This document shows, one piece after another, positions 62,858 through 64,000 of a stretch of 64,000 nt of DNA. The notes beneath the pieces are model-generated. The model was not told where the DNA came from. It was given only the letters and a program-made list of their open reading frames with translations, and ran no database searches. This DNA is from an uncultured Selenomonadales bacterium (GTDB taxonomy: Bacteria > Bacillota > Negativicutes > Selenomonadales > Selenomonadaceae), in NCBI GenBank assembly GCA_946183785.1, contig CAMHCS010000003.1, positions 317 to 64,316 of the forward strand, in the 5' to 3' direction. The first letter of the stretch is position 1; every line of letters starts with the position of its first letter. The translations under genes were made by a program, and so were the position numbers.

Positions 62858-63292
62858 ATGAGGCCGATGGAAAAAGCGCGTTTTTACAATCCGCGCACGG
62901 GCGAGACGGAAGAAATCGACGTCGAGTACTACGCGGGTGCGTACACAGAGGAAAGTTTTTGGGACAAGATCAGAAGCAAGGTGAAATCGGCGGGGCTGCA
63001 GATCATCTACAAGGCGATGCAGCTCTACTACGCGACGGAAAACCCGAACTGCCCGACCAAGGTCAAGGCGGGAATCTACGCGGCTCTCGGCTACTTCATC
63101 GCACCCTTCGACTTTCTGCCGGACTTCATGCCTTTCGCCGGATACACCGACGACCTTTCGGCGATCCTGTTGGCGACGATGATGGCGCAGGCGTACATCG
63201 ACGACGAGGTCAAGGAAAAGGCGAGGCAAAAGCTCGGCGCCATCTTCGGCCGTAAAGTGGTCGAAGAACTTGGCGAGGAACAGGCAGCGTGA
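62858..63292 (+). CDS. DUF1232 (YkvA-like) membrane protein
   Basis: AALGYFIAPFDFLPDFMPFAGYTDDL matches the DUF1232 core motif. ATG 62867 may be the true start (better RBS spacing). Confidence 0.72.
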   Translation: MRPMEKARFYNPRTGETEEIDVEYYAGAYTEESFWDKIRSKVKSAGLQIIYKAMQLYYATENPNCPTKVKAGIYAALGYFIAPFDFLPDFMPFAGYTDDLSAILLATMMAQAYIDDEVKEKARQKLGAIFGRKVVEELGEEQAA

Positions 63293-63385
63293 GAAGCGTG
63301 AAGAGTGAAGTTTTTTAGACGGCGTATTTTGTTGTAAGCACAACATTAAAAGTTACAGGCAATGACAAAAAAGGAGGCAACGAAA

Positions 63386-63838
63386 ATGGGAATGGCGAAA
63401 AATGGGATTCTGTTGGCAATCGGCGGTATGTTGGGCGCGTTCGTCGCGGCGGTGATGACGAACGACGAGGTGAAGGAGACGGCGAAGGAAGCGGCGGAGG
63501 CCTGCAAGGAATTCGCGGCGATGGATCGCCTGATCGACACGCTGCGCCGCGAGGGCGAGACGGCCCTCAGGGTCTGCACGAATGACGAGGAGCGCGAGGC
63601 CGTTTACGAGAAGATCCGCGAGTCGGTGATGAAGCTCAAGGCCGAGCTGCAGGAGCGTGGCGAGGCTCTGATCGCGGAGTTTCGCGCCAAAGCGAAGGCC
63701 GAGGCTCCCAACGCCGAAGCCGAGACGGCAAGCGAGGCCGAAGGCCACGTCGCGAATATCCGGCAGACGCTGGAGCGGTTCAGCGAGTCGCTGGACGAGA
63801 CGCTCCGCGCGCTGAATCCTCAGCCTGCGGCGGAGTAA
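63386..63838 (+). CDS. YtxH-like protein (N-terminal GxxxG TM helix plus a long charged helix)
   Basis: ATG 63386 is 8 nt after AGGAGG. GILLAIGGMLGAFVAAVM followed by an E/A/K-rich helical region. Confidence 0.6.
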   Translation: MGMAKNGILLAIGGMLGAFVAAVMTNDEVKETAKEAAEACKEFAAMDRLIDTLRREGETALRVCTNDEEREAVYEKIRESVMKLKAELQERGEALIAEFRAKAKAEAPNAEAETASEAEGHVANIRQTLERFSESLDETLRALNPQPAAE

Positions 63839-63854
63839 AACTAAAATCGTAAAG

Positions 63855-63888
63855 ACCGGCGCGAAGGTTCGCTTTCGCGTCGGTTTTT
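63855..63888 (+). terminator. Intrinsic terminator after the YtxH-like gene
   Basis: Imperfect stem ACCGGCGCGAA / TTCGCGTCGGT followed by TTTTT. Confidence 0.6.
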
Positions 63889-64000
63889 GACTTTTCCTTT
63901 GAAATAAAGGTCGTGAATTTATAGTTGCGAATTTTATGAAAAAGACATTTGTCCCTCTTCCATAAAATGAAATTTGTGATATACTATATAGAAAAAATGT

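Overview
The window reads as a chromosomal segment from a diderm (outer-membrane-bearing) Firmicute, with high GC and strong GC3 codon bias. It resembles Negativicutes, possibly Selenomonadaceae, but I could not verify the taxon. Bases ~2.8-28.7 kb form a large outer-membrane (OM) biogenesis cluster. Its order is mlaEFD, a TolC-family channel, tamB, a sigma factor plus a single-pass membrane protein, bamA with a tightly coupled unknown OMP, three skp/ompH paralogues, lpxD, two LpxL-type acyltransferases, msbA, lpxC, fabZ, lpxA and lpxI. An opposite-strand GNAT plus GGDEF pair interrupts this cluster. The rest is mostly housekeeping: purA/purB, GNAT-deoB-cdd, an MCP, a secreted 5'-nucleotidase, galE, a variant AmmeMemoRadiSam operon, and a glycogen operon (glgC-glgD-glgP-glgB-glgA) followed by a 1201-aa GH13-GH77 fusion. 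After that come tRNA-Ser(CGA), a CBS/ACT protein, a liv-type branched-chain amino-acid ABC operon, gmhA, and a group of small uncharacterised membrane/HTH proteins. I found no transposase, integrase, CRISPR array or rRNA. The most interesting items fall into three groups. First are uncharacterised genes inside the OM cluster: the bamA-coupled OMP, the sigma/TM pair, and the long MlaD with an OMP-like C-terminus. Second is the AmmeMemoRadiSam variant with a trailing small membrane protein. Third are two families of structured intergenic repeats: a GAGTGAA heptamer family at four loci and a 132-nt multi-hairpin element between glgB and glgA. All product calls rest on reading motifs in the translations. 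No database search was run.
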